Shown here in pieces: positions 9,623 through 19,653 of a stretch of DNA of 64,000 bases (within the stretch, counting starts at the first letter, position 1; each line of letters starts with the position of its first letter). Position numbers and translations under genes: made by a program. The notes below the pieces were generated by a model. The model was given only the letters and a program-made list of their open reading frames with translations, searched no databases and was not told the origin of the DNA. Source of the stretch: Phycisphaerales bacterium UBA7812 (GTDB taxonomy: Bacteria > Planctomycetota > Phycisphaerae > Phycisphaerales > UBA1924). The DNA lies in assembly GCA_002480345.1 (NCBI GenBank), contig DLBY01000030.1, forward strand, positions 22,440 to 86,439. The letters are read 5' to 3'.

Positions 9623-10282
9623 TCAGTCTTCGAGTTCGTCCTCGTACGCCCAGACGGTGATCGGGAGGTCTCGAACCCCCCACTTGCGGGCGATCTCGTG
9701 CGTCGGGAAGAGGACATCGAGTCGATTGCCTTTGATGGCGCCGCCGCAATCCAGAACCGGCACGATCTCGCTGTCGGCGTAACCGGGCACGGTGATGATC
9801 GAGCCGTACGGCAGGATCCGCGTATCCGCCGCGACGAGACGCATCGCGTTGGTCCAGACGGAGTGGAGGGTCGCGGTCTGCCCGTCCGCCCACTTGCCGC
9901 ATGATCGCGCGTCGGGCGAGTACGCGGTGACTTTCATCCAGATCGTGCGCACGGGCACGACCCGGCGACCATCAAACCAGCGGACGGCGCTGTCCTCGAC
10001 AGGTACCGCCTCGGACAGGATGCGCTCGATTGCCTCCTCGGCCTCGCGTGCCTCGGATGCCGCCCGGGCCTGTTCGTCGATCAGCAGAGGATCAACGACG
10101 ACCGGCTGCGTCGACACCAGGCGCGACTCGGTCTGCACCAGAGGGGTGCGGACGGTACGCTCCTTGACGAGAACCGCGGACCAAGCGGTGACGCCGACCG
10201 CGGCGAGGGCGATGATCCCCCGCGCCGCGAATTGGGCGCATTGGATCCCGACCGGGATGTGTGCTGCTCTTTGACTATCCAC
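9623..10282 (-). CDS. 3D-domain (MltA/RlpA-like double-psi barrel) membrane-anchored protein
   Basis: C-terminus MKVTAYSPDARSCGKWADGQTA...ADTRILPYGSIITVPGYADSEIVPVLDCGGAIKGNRLDVLF is 3D-domain-like. Start refined to the GTG at 10282 (GGGAGG upstream, then TM helix GIIALAAVGVTAWSAVLV). The ORF upstream of this point has A/T-rich third positions. Confidence 0.7.
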   Translation of the reverse strand: MDSQRAAHIPVGIQCAQFAARGIIALAAVGVTAWSAVLVKERTVRTPLVQTESRLVSTQPVVVDPLLIDEQARAASEAREAEEAIERILSEAVPVEDSAVRWFDGRRVVPVRTIWMKVTAYSPDARSCGKWADGQTATLHSVWTNAMRLVAADTRILPYGSIITVPGYADSEIVPVLDCGGAIKGNRLDVLFPTHEIARKWGVRDLPITVWAYEDELED

Positions 10283-10543
10283 CGTGCCTCCCCGCACGGC
10301 CCGGGCCCGCCCTGAAGGTGCATGCCGGGTGTCCCACCACACCGGAACGCCAGAGCGGATCGCTCGGGTTACTCGAAACGGTATTCGCAATCGGAGGAAC
10401 AATCCCGCGAATCGCCCGATCTTTCTCGCCCGGCGCTGGATTGCAACGCATATGTCGGTCTGGCCGGGAGTTCCGGATCTTCCCCCCGAACGGTGGTGTC
10501 GCGGGTTCTCATTTCGTTCTCAGGATCGCAGGGAGCACGGATT

Positions 10544-11350
10544 TTGGGTGATTCAACTGTTCTCGCGGCGGTGCTGACGCTGGTTATCGGTCTTGTCGCG
10601 GGCGTCATCGGCGGCCTCGCAGGCATCGGCGGCTCGATTATCATGCTCCCCGCTTTGGGGGTGTTCTTCGGGTACCAAGACGCGACCAAGTCCGAACATC
10701 ACCTCTACATGGCCGCTGCGATGGTGGTGAACTCGGTCGTCGCGGTGTTCTCGACCCGGAAGCACCGGAAGGCGGGGGCGATCGAACCCCGCCTGACGAC
10801 CCGGCTGTGCCCCCCCATGTTCGCGGGGATCCTTGGGGGAGTCCTGCTCTCCAATGTCATGGAGGGCGGGACGCTCAAGCTTGCGCTGGTCGGCTTCCTC
10901 TGGCTCTACTGCGCGTATGCAATCATCACGACGGTGCGCAAGCTTCCCGAGCCGCACGAGGGCGAGATGCGGGCCGGTTGGGGGGTGATCGGCACGATCG
11001 GGGGCGGAACCGGTGTGCTGGCGGGTCTGCTCGGGATCGGGGGGGGCATCGTGATGGTCCCGCTGATGATCGTCGGGGCGAAGGTGCCGGTCCGGAAGGC
11101 GGTCGCAGCGAGCGCGTGGGTGATGCAGATCACGGCGCCCGCCGGCGCGATCGTCAAGTTGGCGACGCTCGACGAGCACGGACAGGAATGGAGCGAAGCG
11201 CTCTGGATCGCGATCCCCATGGCGGCGGGCGCGATGGTCGGTGCCACGATCGGAGCGGGGCTCACGCATTCGCTCAAGCTCCCGGTCCTGCGGATCGCGA
11301 TCGCGGTGGTGCTCGCGGGGGCGAGTTTCAAGCTCGCGGGCTTCTTTTGA
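10544..11350 (+). CDS. TauE/SafE family sulfite-exporter-like membrane protein
   Basis: Repeated GxxGGxxGxGGGxxxxP motifs (GVIGGLAGIGGSIIMLP and GVLAGLLGIGGGIVMVP) and about 8 hydrophobic helices. The start is uncertain: a TTG at 10544 is in frame, and the listed N-terminal extension from 10322 looks non-coding. Confidence 0.75.
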   Translation: MGDSTVLAAVLTLVIGLVAGVIGGLAGIGGSIIMLPALGVFFGYQDATKSEHHLYMAAAMVVNSVVAVFSTRKHRKAGAIEPRLTTRLCPPMFAGILGGVLLSNVMEGGTLKLALVGFLWLYCAYAIITTVRKLPEPHEGEMRAGWGVIGTIGGGTGVLAGLLGIGGGIVMVPLMIVGAKVPVRKAVAASAWVMQITAPAGAIVKLATLDEHGQEWSEALWIAIPMAAGAMVGATIGAGLTHSLKLPVLRIAIAVVLAGASFKLAGFF

Positions 11351-11473
11351 GCGAGAGCCCCGGATCCGGCGCGAACTGAAACGACCGGCTCCGCGTTACG
11401 AATGACTCGGGAGCGAAGCGGTCCGCGGCGTGCGCACGCCGGGACCTGCTCCACGGTCGATCGGAAGGAACCG

Positions 11474-12313
11474 ATGGGTCGAGACCTGCTCAATTTCGGC
11501 AAGACCGCGATCCTGATGGGTGCCCTGATGGGGCTATTCGTCGCGGTGGGCGGCATGTTCGGCGAGGGCTATCTGATCCCGGCGTTGCTCTTCGGCGGGG
11601 GGCTGAACCTCGTCGCGTTCTTCTTCAGCGACACGATCGCGATCAAATCGATGCGCGGGCGGGAGGTCACCGAGGAGAACGGGGGCGACCTCTACCGCAT
11701 GGTGGATCGCCTTCGGCAGCGGGCGGACCTGCCGATGCCCAGGCTGTACCTGACCCCGCACCAGGCGCCCAACGCGTTCGCGACGGGTCGGAGCCCGAAG
11801 CGGAGCGCCGTCGCGCTGACGCAGGGGGCGCTGGACCTGATGCAGCCGCACGAGCTCGAGGGTGTGATCGCGCACGAATTGGCGCACATCAAGCACCGGG
11901 ACACGCTGATCTCGACGATGGCGGGCGTGATGGCGGGCGTCCTGGCGTTTCTCGCCCAATGGGGGCTGTTTTTCGGCGGGGCGCGGGGGCGGAACCCGCT
12001 GGCGATGATCGCGGTGGTGATCCTCGGAGCGGTCGGTGCAGCGGTGCTCAAGGCGGCGATCAGCCGGAGCCGGGAATTCGCCGCGGACGCGGAGGGGGCG
12101 CGGATCGCGGGCTCACCCACTGGGCTGATGAGTGCGCTGGCGACGCTCGAGAACGCGAACCGGCGGATCCCGATGCGTGGGACGAACTCAGCGATGCACA
12201 ACCTGTTCATCGTCGAGCCGTTCGGGGGTGACACGCTGAGCAAGCTCTTCGCGACCCATCCCCCAACCGAGAAACGGCTCGCGGCGCTCCGGAAAGTCCG
12301 CGTCGAGGGTTGA
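11474..12313 (+). CDS. htpX: Zinc metalloprotease HtpX (M48 family)
   Basis: ATG at 11474 preceded by GGAAGGA. Contains the HEXXH motif HELAHIKHRD, TM helices, and C-terminal LFATHPPTEKRL. Confidence 0.9.
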   Translation: MGRDLLNFGKTAILMGALMGLFVAVGGMFGEGYLIPALLFGGGLNLVAFFFSDTIAIKSMRGREVTEENGGDLYRMVDRLRQRADLPMPRLYLTPHQAPNAFATGRSPKRSAVALTQGALDLMQPHELEGVIAHELAHIKHRDTLISTMAGVMAGVLAFLAQWGLFFGGARGRNPLAMIAVVILGAVGAAVLKAAISRSREFAADAEGARIAGSPTGLMSALATLENANRRIPMRGTNSAMHNLFIVEPFGGDTLSKLFATHPPTEKRLAALRKVRVEG

Positions 12314-12375
12314 TCCGAATCCGCCCAGCGTCTCGACAGCGTGCGCGGGGGAGGGCGGACGCGTACGATCGCGGC

Positions 12376-14454
12376 ATGGTGAAGATCACGCTGCCGGATG
12401 GATCGGTCAAGGAATTTCAGGGCCCGGTGACGGCGCTGGAGGTCGCGGAGTCGATCGGCTCGCGGCTGGCGAAGGCCGCCGTGGGCGCGAAGGTGGACGG
12501 GGCGCTGTCCGACCTTTCGACGCGGATCGAGCACGACGCGGCGGTCGCGATCGTGACCGAGAAGACGCGAGATGGTGAGGCGGATCCGGACGCGCTGTAC
12601 CTGTGCCGGCACTCCGCGGCGCATGTGATGGCGGAGGCGATCCAGCGGATCGTGCCCGGGGCACAGCTGGTCTATGGGCCGCCGCTGGAGAACGGGTTCT
12701 ACTACGACATCGCGTTCCCGGAGGACCGGCCCTTGCGCGAGGGGGATTTCGAGGCGATCGAGGCGGAGATGACCGCGATCGTCAAGGAGGACCGGGCCTT
12801 CACGCGGTACGAGATGCCGGCGGGCGAAGGGATGGCCAAGCTCGAGAGCGAGGGGAGCAAGTACAAGCTCGACAACGCGCAGCGGGCGATCGACGCGGGC
12901 AGCGACGAGTTGAGCTGGTACGCGACGGGCGAGCCGGGCACGGACTGGGAGGATCTCTGCCGGGGTCCTCATGTGCCCAGCACGGGGCGGATCGGGGCGA
13001 TCAAGGTGATGAGCCTCGCGTCCTCCTACTGGCACGGCGACGAGAACAGCGACCGTCTGACGCGTGTCTATGGGACGGCGTTCTTCAACAAGAAGGACCT
13101 GGACGCCCACCTGCACGCGCTGGAGGAAGCGAAGAAGCGGGACCACCGTGTGCTGGGCAAGCAACTCGACCTGTTCCACATCGACGACGAGGTGGGGCAG
13201 GGGCTGATCCTGTGGACGCCGCGTGGGTCGATCATCCGCAAGGAGCTGCAGGACTGGATCGGGGGCGAGCTGCGGAAGATGGGGTACACGGATGTGTTCT
13301 GCCCCCACATCGGCAAGCTCGGGCTGTACAAGACCTCGGGACACTTCCCCTACTACCAGGACAGCCAGTTCGTGCCGGTGATGGAGCGGCAGTTCATCGA
13401 GCAGGTGAGCGAGGAGGGCTGCTCGTGCGGCGACCTCTCGAACATGATGCGGGCGGGCGACATCGACGGGTATCTGCTCAAGCCGATGAACTGCCCGCAC
13501 CACATCAAGATCTACGCGAGTCGGCCGCGGTCGTACCGGGACCTGCCGATCCGCCTGAGCGAGTTCGGGACGGTGTACCGCTGGGAGCAGTCGGGCGAGT
13601 TGAACGGGCTGACGCGTGTGCGGTGCTTCACGGTGGACGATGCGCACCTGTTCTGCCGCGAGGACCAGGTCGCGGACGAGGTGATGGGCTGCCTGTCGCT
13701 GGTGAAGATCGCGCTGGACACGCTGGGGCTGACGGACTTCCGTGTGCGGGTGGGCCTTCGGGATCCGGACTCGAGCAAGTATGTGGGCGACCCCGCGGTG
13801 TGGGACCGCGCCGAGCAGGCCTGCCGCGACGCGGCGGCGAGCCTGGGCGGCAAGGTGACCGAGGAGCCGGGCGAGGCGGCGTTCTACGGGCCCAAGATCG
13901 ACTTCGTGGTCAAGGATGTCATCGGGCGCGAGTGGCAGCTCGGCACGGTGCAGGTGGATTACAACCTTCCCGAGCGGTTCGGGCTCGAGTATGTGGGCAG
14001 CGACAATAAGACGCACCGCCCGGTGATGATCCACCGCGCCCCGTTCGGCTCGATGGAGCGGTTCGTGGGCGTGCTGATCGAGCACTTCGCGGGCGCGTTC
14101 CCGCTGTGGCTCGCGCCGGAACAGGTGCGGGTGCTGCCGGTGAGCGAGAAGTCCAACGACTATGCACAGGCGCTGTGCGACAAGCTCGTCGCGCGGGGCG
14201 TGCGTGCGACGGTCGATCTGCACAACGATCGGGTGCAGGCGAAGATCAAGCACGCGGCCGGGATGAAGATCCCCTACTCCGCGATCGTCGGTCCGCGCGA
14301 CGAGGAGGCCGGCGAGGTGAATGTCCGCGCGTTCGGGATCAAGGACGCGCTGGGGTCGATGCCGGTTGACGACTTCGTGGACGCGATCGCGGACGAGATC
14401 GCCTGCAAGGGGAGCGAGCGGCTGACCGAGCGGTTCGAGACGGCGGGCGTTTGA
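12376..14454 (+). CDS. thrS: Threonine--tRNA ligase
   Basis: TGS domain MVKITLPDGSVKEF, second-additional-domain HSAAHVMAEA, class II core FGTVYRWEQSGELNGLTRVRCFTVDDAH and MIHRAPFGSMERF. Confidence 0.95.
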   Translation: MVKITLPDGSVKEFQGPVTALEVAESIGSRLAKAAVGAKVDGALSDLSTRIEHDAAVAIVTEKTRDGEADPDALYLCRHSAAHVMAEAIQRIVPGAQLVYGPPLENGFYYDIAFPEDRPLREGDFEAIEAEMTAIVKEDRAFTRYEMPAGEGMAKLESEGSKYKLDNAQRAIDAGSDELSWYATGEPGTDWEDLCRGPHVPSTGRIGAIKVMSLASSYWHGDENSDRLTRVYGTAFFNKKDLDAHLHALEEAKKRDHRVLGKQLDLFHIDDEVGQGLILWTPRGSIIRKELQDWIGGELRKMGYTDVFCPHIGKLGLYKTSGHFPYYQDSQFVPVMERQFIEQVSEEGCSCGDLSNMMRAGDIDGYLLKPMNCPHHIKIYASRPRSYRDLPIRLSEFGTVYRWEQSGELNGLTRVRCFTVDDAHLFCREDQVADEVMGCLSLVKIALDTLGLTDFRVRVGLRDPDSSKYVGDPAVWDRAEQACRDAAASLGGKVTEEPGEAAFYGPKIDFVVKDVIGREWQLGTVQVDYNLPERFGLEYVGSDNKTHRPVMIHRAPFGSMERFVGVLIEHFAGAFPLWLAPEQVRVLPVSEKSNDYAQALCDKLVARGVRATVDLHNDRVQAKIKHAAGMKIPYSAIVGPRDEEAGEVNVRAFGIKDALGSMPVDDFVDAIADEIACKGSERLTERFETAGV

Positions 14455-14592
14455 TGCGGAAGCGGGACGGGCAGGCGCCGCGCCCCCTGTGTCGGGGCGG
14501 ATGACGCTTGCTGATCCAGCATTTCGGTCCGGCTCGTTGCTTCGCAGCGGGTCGCGCTTCGGGATCGCGGGGGCGTGTGTTATGTTCTCGAC

Positions 14593-16353
14593 ATGTCGGA
14601 AGCCGAGGCGATCCTCTGGTTCGCGATGATGGCGCTGTTCAGCGGCGGGGCGTGTTATGTCGTCCGCGGGCTGATCGGCGAGGATGTGCGGATCGCGAGG
14701 CGGGCGGCGCGGCCTCCGAGCGATGGAGACATTGAGGAAGGGGCGCGTATCCCGCGCCGGCGGATCACCCGCTCGCTCGTTGCGCTGGGCGTCGGGTTGT
14801 GCTTGCTCGGCGCGGGGTCGTCCTGGGGCGCCCTGACGGTCCGCCGTTGGTTCTCGTGGAGCTCTGGCGGGTCCGCTGATCGGCTGGCGCTCGTGGTCGC
14901 GTCGGGGATGCTGCTTCCCTGCGTCGTGCTGCTCGGGATCGGGATCGTCGGGGATCGCGCCAAGGGGGGGAAGCGTTGCCCCGGGTGCTGGTACGACATG
15001 TCTGCTGGGGGCGACCGCTGCCCCGAATGTGGTCGGGACATCACGGGCCCGAGCGACCTGGTCCGCACCCGTCGTCGCAGGTGGCCCTTCGTGATGGCGG
15101 CGGTGCTGGTGCTCGGTGCTGTCTACGCGTGGCGGCACACCGCACGGATCCACCGTGCCGGTTGGCTCGGGGGCGTGCCGACAACGGCGCTCTCGCTGGG
15201 GTGGAAGTGGCTCCCGGACACCCTGATCGTAGACCAGCGCGTTGATGGTTCGCTGAGCAATCGGATTCAGTTCGAGCGGGCTGAACCGGTCGGCCTGTGG
15301 GCCTCGACGACGCGGGCGCTCTCGAACCCGCGCTCGCTGGACTTGCTCCCGAGAGCGATGCAACTGCGAGACGACATCGCGAGTGTTCGCGCCGAGTCGA
15401 TGGCGGTTTGGAGCGAAGCGGACTTCGCGTTGCCGCCCGACGGCGCGGAACGGCTGGGCACATTCATTCTCGGCTACCGGCCCGCGAATCAGCGCGAAAC
15501 ACAGATGCTCGATGCGCTTGTCTGGGGGAGGGGATTCACCGCCCCGGCGATCACGGCCGAACAACGGGACGAAATCCTCGAGCGGGTCGCGAACGGGGAA
15601 GCCGTGGATGGGGTAGCGTTGAGCCTCGCGGTCCGCACGGTCTGGGGTTCCATCGGTCCCGAGCCCGATTCGGGCGAGAGGCTGGAGACCGATCTTGCAC
15701 TCCGGGCAATTGAGCACCACCCGTTCCCGATCCGTGATGCCCGTCGTGGCATGCTGGCCTGGTTCGCGGTCGCGGCCGCTCGCGCGGATCCCGATGCGAT
15801 CCCGCGGCTGCATGACCTCACGGAGCATCCGTCTCCTTCCGTTCGGCTCACGGCGTTGAACGGGCTCGTGAACGACACCGGGTGGGAGCAAGACCTTTCG
15901 ATCCGGCTGCGGTCCGCCCTGGGCAACGCGGTGCGCGACCCGGTTCCGGAGATCAGCGCGTACGCGGCGCAGGTGTTGATGAGCCGCCGGACACATGACG
16001 AAGACGGGATTCGAGCGATCGTGGAAGCGATCCGGTCGAACCGCCCCGGTCGGGAGGGCCTGATTCCCAGCGGTCCTTCGAACGCGCAGATCCCGCTCGC
16101 GATCGAGGAGGCGGTGGTGGATGCGATCGCGGACCCGGACCCGGTGATGGCGGAGCGGGCGGCGGAGTACCTCCGCTTCCGTCTCTATGAGCACGACCCG
16201 GTGGCCCTCTCACTCGCGGCGCGGACAAGGGACCTGCTGGACGCGGGTGCCCTGAGTGATCCTGCGTTCAGTCAAATCCGGGGGGATCTTAGTTTTGCGA
16301 TCAACAGCGCCGTCCAGCGGACAACTCAATCGCCCCAAACGCCCGCCCCTTGA
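14593..16353 (+). CDS. Membrane protein with an embedded zinc-ribbon (CPGC-x11-CPEC) and C-terminal HEAT-like repeats
   Basis: ATG at 14593. Hydrophobic helices flank CPGCWYDMSAGGDRCPECG. Later HEAT-like segments are HPSPSVRLTALNGL, DPVPEISAYAAQVL and DPDPVMAERAAEYL. Confidence 0.55.
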   Translation: MSEAEAILWFAMMALFSGGACYVVRGLIGEDVRIARRAARPPSDGDIEEGARIPRRRITRSLVALGVGLCLLGAGSSWGALTVRRWFSWSSGGSADRLALVVASGMLLPCVVLLGIGIVGDRAKGGKRCPGCWYDMSAGGDRCPECGRDITGPSDLVRTRRRRWPFVMAAVLVLGAVYAWRHTARIHRAGWLGGVPTTALSLGWKWLPDTLIVDQRVDGSLSNRIQFERAEPVGLWASTTRALSNPRSLDLLPRAMQLRDDIASVRAESMAVWSEADFALPPDGAERLGTFILGYRPANQRETQMLDALVWGRGFTAPAITAEQRDEILERVANGEAVDGVALSLAVRTVWGSIGPEPDSGERLETDLALRAIEHHPFPIRDARRGMLAWFAVAAARADPDAIPRLHDLTEHPSPSVRLTALNGLVNDTGWEQDLSIRLRSALGNAVRDPVPEISAYAAQVLMSRRTHDEDGIRAIVEAIRSNRPGREGLIPSGPSNAQIPLAIEEAVVDAIADPDPVMAERAAEYLRFRLYEHDPVALSLAARTRDLLDAGALSDPAFSQIRGDLSFAINSAVQRTTQSPQTPAP

Positions 16354-16394
16354 CGAAACAAACGAGACAGCGACCGACGGGTCTTCGGTTCGTG

Positions 16395-16985
16395 TCAATC
16401 GGAGGGACGCTCCACAACGATCTCGATCGGTTCGCCGGGAGTGGTTTCTTCCGCGGGCACCAGTGGAAACCGGACTCTGATGATCGAGCCGGTCTCGCTC
16501 GCGGGCTGGCCTTCCGTGCCAGTGGTGAGATTCCCGGTGGAGATAAAGATCCCGGCCTGGGTGGAGCCCTCGCGGAAGACCTCGTTGATCTCTTGCGGGG
16601 TAATGACGCCCGAGGACGCGGTCGAGGTCGCGCGGACCCAGACCTGCCGGCTGCGGTTCCAACCGAAGACGAGCCAGCCCGGTGCTTCGAAATCAGACCG
16701 CGTGATTGTCACGCCGTGCGGCCATTCGAGCGGATCGACGAGCCGTCCCTCGCGCAGGTCGCGGGCGATGCGTTCGCGTTCGAGCGGGTCGTTGCCCGCG
16801 ATGAGTTCACCCAGCGCGTTGGCGCCGCCGGTCTCGCCCGCGCCCTGGCCGACGGGGCGGGCGTCCATCTTCTGGTTGCCGTAGGACAGGAAGATGATCG
16901 CGACGATGCCCGTGAGGACCGCGAAGGGGAGCAGGAGCCAGAGCGTGAGCAACAGGTTTTTCTTGCGGCCTTCGGCGCGTTGCAT
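16395..16985 (-). CDS. Hypothetical single-pass membrane protein
   Basis: ATG at 16985 (MQRAEGRKKNLLLTLWLLLPFAVLTGIVAIIFL) gives a basic N-terminus plus a TM helix. No family recognised. Confidence 0.5.
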   Translation of the reverse strand: MQRAEGRKKNLLLTLWLLLPFAVLTGIVAIIFLSYGNQKMDARPVGQGAGETGGANALGELIAGNDPLERERIARDLREGRLVDPLEWPHGVTITRSDFEAPGWLVFGWNRSRQVWVRATSTASSGVITPQEINEVFREGSTQAGIFISTGNLTTGTEGQPASETGSIIRVRFPLVPAEETTPGEPIEIVVERPSD

Positions 16986-17030
16986 GGCGAAGGGTAGCGC
17001 CGGTACCCCTCTTCGCATGCGCACAAAAGA

Positions 17031-17060
17031 GCCCGGGCGGAGGCCCGGGCTCTGAAAGGT
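17031..17060 (-). terminator. Intrinsic terminator downstream of sodA
   Basis: Minus strand reads AGAGCCCGGGC-CTCC-GCCCGGGCTCT followed by TTTTG. The stem is a perfect 11 bp. Confidence 0.8.
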
Positions 17061-17077
17061 TGCGGGTTGGCGCGGAG

Positions 17078-17698
17078 TTACTTCGCCGCTGCGAAGTTCT
17101 CGGCGACCTTGCTCCAGTTCACGACATTCCAGAACGCGGCGATGTAATCGGGACGCTTGTTCTGGTAGTTGAGGTAATAGGCGTGCTCCCAGACATCGAG
17201 GCCGAGGATGGGGGTATGGCCCTTCATGTACGGCGAGTCCTGGTTGGGTGTGGACCCGACATGCAGTTTGCCGTTTTCATCAAGACCGAGCCACGCCCAG
17301 CCGGAACCGAAGCGGTTGGCGGCGGCGTTGACGAACTCCTCCTTGAAGTTCTCGAACGAGCCGAACGCGGAGTTGATCGCGTCGGCGAGCTCGCCCTCGG
17401 GCGCTCCCCCCCCACCCTTGCCGGCGGGCGCCATGACCTGCCAGAAGAGGCTGTGGTTGGCGTGACCTCCCGCGTTGTTCCGCACCGCGGTCTGCTTGTC
17501 CTCGGGAATTTTGTCGATGTTGCGAAGAACCTCTTCGACGGGCTTGTCGGCCCAGTCGGTGCCCTCCAACGCGGCGTTCGCCTTGGAGACATACCCGGCG
17601 TGGTGCTTGCCGTGGTGGATTTCCATGGTCTTCGCATCGATGTGGGGCTCGAGCGCGTCTGTCGCGTAGGGGAGATCGGGGAGCGAAAAGGGCATCAT
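17078..17698 (-). CDS. sodA: Superoxide dismutase, Mn-type
   Basis: Start [11 protein letters not shown] at 17698. Motifs: [19 protein letters not shown] (Mn-type), [13 protein letters not shown]. Confidence 0.95.
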   Translation of the reverse strand: MMPFSLPDLPYATDALEPHIDAKTMEIHHGKHHAGYVSKANAALEGTDWADKPVEEVLRNIDKIPEDKQTAVRNNAGGHANHSLFWQVMAPAGKGGGGAPEGELADAINSAFGSFENFKEEFVNAAANRFGSGWAWLGLDENGKLHVGSTPNQDSPYMKGHTPILGLDVWEHAYYLNYQNKRPDYIAAFWNVVNWSKVAENFAAAK

Positions 17699-18279
17699 GG
17701 GCTCCTTCTTTGTTTGGGTTTCGGACGGTTTTGCGGTCTTTTCCTGTCGCCCGATCGGGTGACCGAGCCCTGAAAAAACACGCAAATTGTGGACAGATTG
17801 AGGACCGACCGCCCCGCCGGTTGCCGGCGAGGAGTGATCCATGTACGATGTCCGCTCGGCGCATCGTCCGGTGAGCGGTGCTGACCGATAACGAGCGTAG
17901 GTCTCGGTGCCGGGCAGGTCAATCGTCGGACGAATGACGAGTGGCGGATTGGAGTCGACGCGCGGCGGGGCAGTCATGGATGCACAGGAACGGGGTGGCT
18001 GAAGACCCGGACCGTTGTTTGGCGACACGGGATTTCGGAGCGCAAATTTGAATCATTCTTGAGTTGGAGGCGAAACAATCGGGCTGCGAATTCGTATTGG
18101 TATGGACCGGGATGCTGAAATACCTACCGCAGCCTGAACAACTCATACTCCGACCCGGCTTGACAGTCACTCGAGAGTCTCATTTCCCGGCCCCAAGCGG
18201 GCTGAGGAAAGCGGAACGGGCGCAGAAGCCCGAGCGGAAAGCGGATCCCGGACGGACCCGCGAGGAAGGTTGACCCACG

Positions 18280-19338
18280 ATGGTGAACGCACAGAAGCGC
18301 GCCCCCAGCCCGATCGAGCAGACCCAGCGCCGCGAGCGCGTCGGTGTCCGTTCGTCCACAACGGGCGGCGGGGCCGTGCGTCGTCTTTCTCACGAGGATG
18401 AGCGGCTGCTGAAGCAGATCCTCGCGAAGCCTCAGGATTACATCGACAGCGAGGTCTTCTATGAAGACGGCGCGGAGAAGTCGATTTATGACGAGGCCCC
18501 GGCGATCCAGCAGCCGGACACGACCTGGTACCACCCGGTGATGGACGATTACTCGGGCTCTCGCACGCGGAGCGTGAAGAGCAGCCAGCAGGTGATCCTC
18601 ACCGCCGCGGAAGAGCGGGTGCTCTTCCACCAGTTCAACTATGCGCGGCACCGGGTCCGTCTGCTGCAGGACGAGATCTGGTCGAACGCGGACAAGCAGC
18701 CCACGCCGGAGCAGGCCCAGGACATCCTGGGGTGGCACCGCCGGGCGGACCGGATCCGTGAGCAGATCGCGGAGACCAACCTGGCGCTGGTGCTCGCGAT
18801 GGCGAAACGGACGCGGATGAGCGAAGTGGACTTCGCGGACCTCGTGTCCGAGGGGAACATGGCGCTGCTCCGTGCGGTGGATAAGTTCGATGCGGGCCGC
18901 GGCTACAAGTTCTCCACCTATGCGTGCCGCGCGATCCTGAAGGCGTTCAGCCGTCAGGGGATGAAGCTCAGCAAGTATCGCCAGCGGTTCCCCACCGATT
19001 TCGATCCGAAGCTCGAGAAATCGAACTTCCTGGAGACGAAGCGGGCGACCTTCGAGAAGGACGCCGCGGAGGAGGTCCGGACAATTGTCATGGACAATCG
19101 CGCCGACCTCACCGAGGTCGAGCGGACCGTGATCGAGCACCGCTTCGGGCTCGAGAACAGCAACGCGGAAAAGCCCATGACGCTCGAGCAGGTCGGGCAG
19201 ATCATCGGCGTGACCAAAGAACGGGTGCGTCAGATCCAGAACAAGGCGATGGAGAAGATCCGGACCGAACTGGAGAGCAAATTCCTGGGCGAACCCCAGG
19301 AGAAAACACCCGAGGGCGAGGCAGCCGCGACCGCCTGA
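18280..19338 (+). CDS. RNA polymerase sigma-70 family factor (alternative sigma)
   Basis: Region 2: NLALVLAMAKR...DLVSEGNMALLRAVDKFDAGRGYKFSTYA. Region 4 helix-turn-helix: MTLEQVGQIIGVTKERVRQIQNKAMEKIR. Confidence 0.85.
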   Translation: MVNAQKRAPSPIEQTQRRERVGVRSSTTGGGAVRRLSHEDERLLKQILAKPQDYIDSEVFYEDGAEKSIYDEAPAIQQPDTTWYHPVMDDYSGSRTRSVKSSQQVILTAAEERVLFHQFNYARHRVRLLQDEIWSNADKQPTPEQAQDILGWHRRADRIREQIAETNLALVLAMAKRTRMSEVDFADLVSEGNMALLRAVDKFDAGRGYKFSTYACRAILKAFSRQGMKLSKYRQRFPTDFDPKLEKSNFLETKRATFEKDAAEEVRTIVMDNRADLTEVERTVIEHRFGLENSNAEKPMTLEQVGQIIGVTKERVRQIQNKAMEKIRTELESKFLGEPQEKTPEGEAAATA

Positions 19339-19392
19339 GATGGTCGTGCGCGGAGCTTTCTCCCTCTTGGGATTCTCTTCGTTTCTCTGAAA

Positions 19393-19445
19393 CGCCCCAC
19401 CGAGTCACTTGCGTGCCGCGAGTGTTCCGGCGGGGCGTTTTTTTG
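19393..19445 (+). terminator. Intrinsic terminator after the sigma-factor gene
   Basis: CGCCCCACCG ... CGGCGGGGCG stem with one mismatch and an inner CACTTGCG/CGCGAGTG helix, followed by a run of seven T. Confidence 0.6.
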
Positions 19446-19653
19446 TCTCCGGCGATTGGAGCCATTGCGCATTTCAAATGCAGGGCGGGGTGGTTTGCGG
19501 TCTGGAGGTCGCCGGGCTCGCTCCCCCTCGATTTCGCGGCCGAAACGCATCGGCACCGCTATTCTGTGCGTACAGCGATGACCAGCGGGAGGTGCGCAAC
19601 GCCCGCTGCGGCGACACGAGGGATGGCACGCGGGGGAATCCCGCGGGGGAGTT

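Noticed and set aside
10322-10543. The N-terminal 74-aa extension of the TauE/SafE ORF, and likewise the TTG-started extension of the 3D-domain ORF (10283-10402).
   Set aside because: The extensions are Arg/Ser/Pro-rich with A/T-ending codons, and the two would overlap each other divergently. Downstream in-frame starts with SD-like motifs give sensible N-termini. Start positions remain uncertain.
11692-16194. A 1500-aa ORF on the minus strand, the longest in the track.
   Set aside because: It runs antisense to htpX, thrS and the zinc-ribbon/HEAT gene, all of which have clear family motifs on the plus strand. Its translation is Arg/Pro/His-rich low complexity with no motifs. This is a typical stop-codon-poor antisense frame in a high-GC genome.
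17699-18279. A 580-nt spacer upstream of the sigma-factor gene, with a lower-GC patch (about 18040-18130) and a TTGACA hexamer at 18160. It was considered as a riboswitch or structured leader.
   Set aside because: I could not identify a matching -10 element at proper spacing, a conserved riboswitch core or a convincing extended helix by eye. It was left unannotated and is worth an Rfam scan only.
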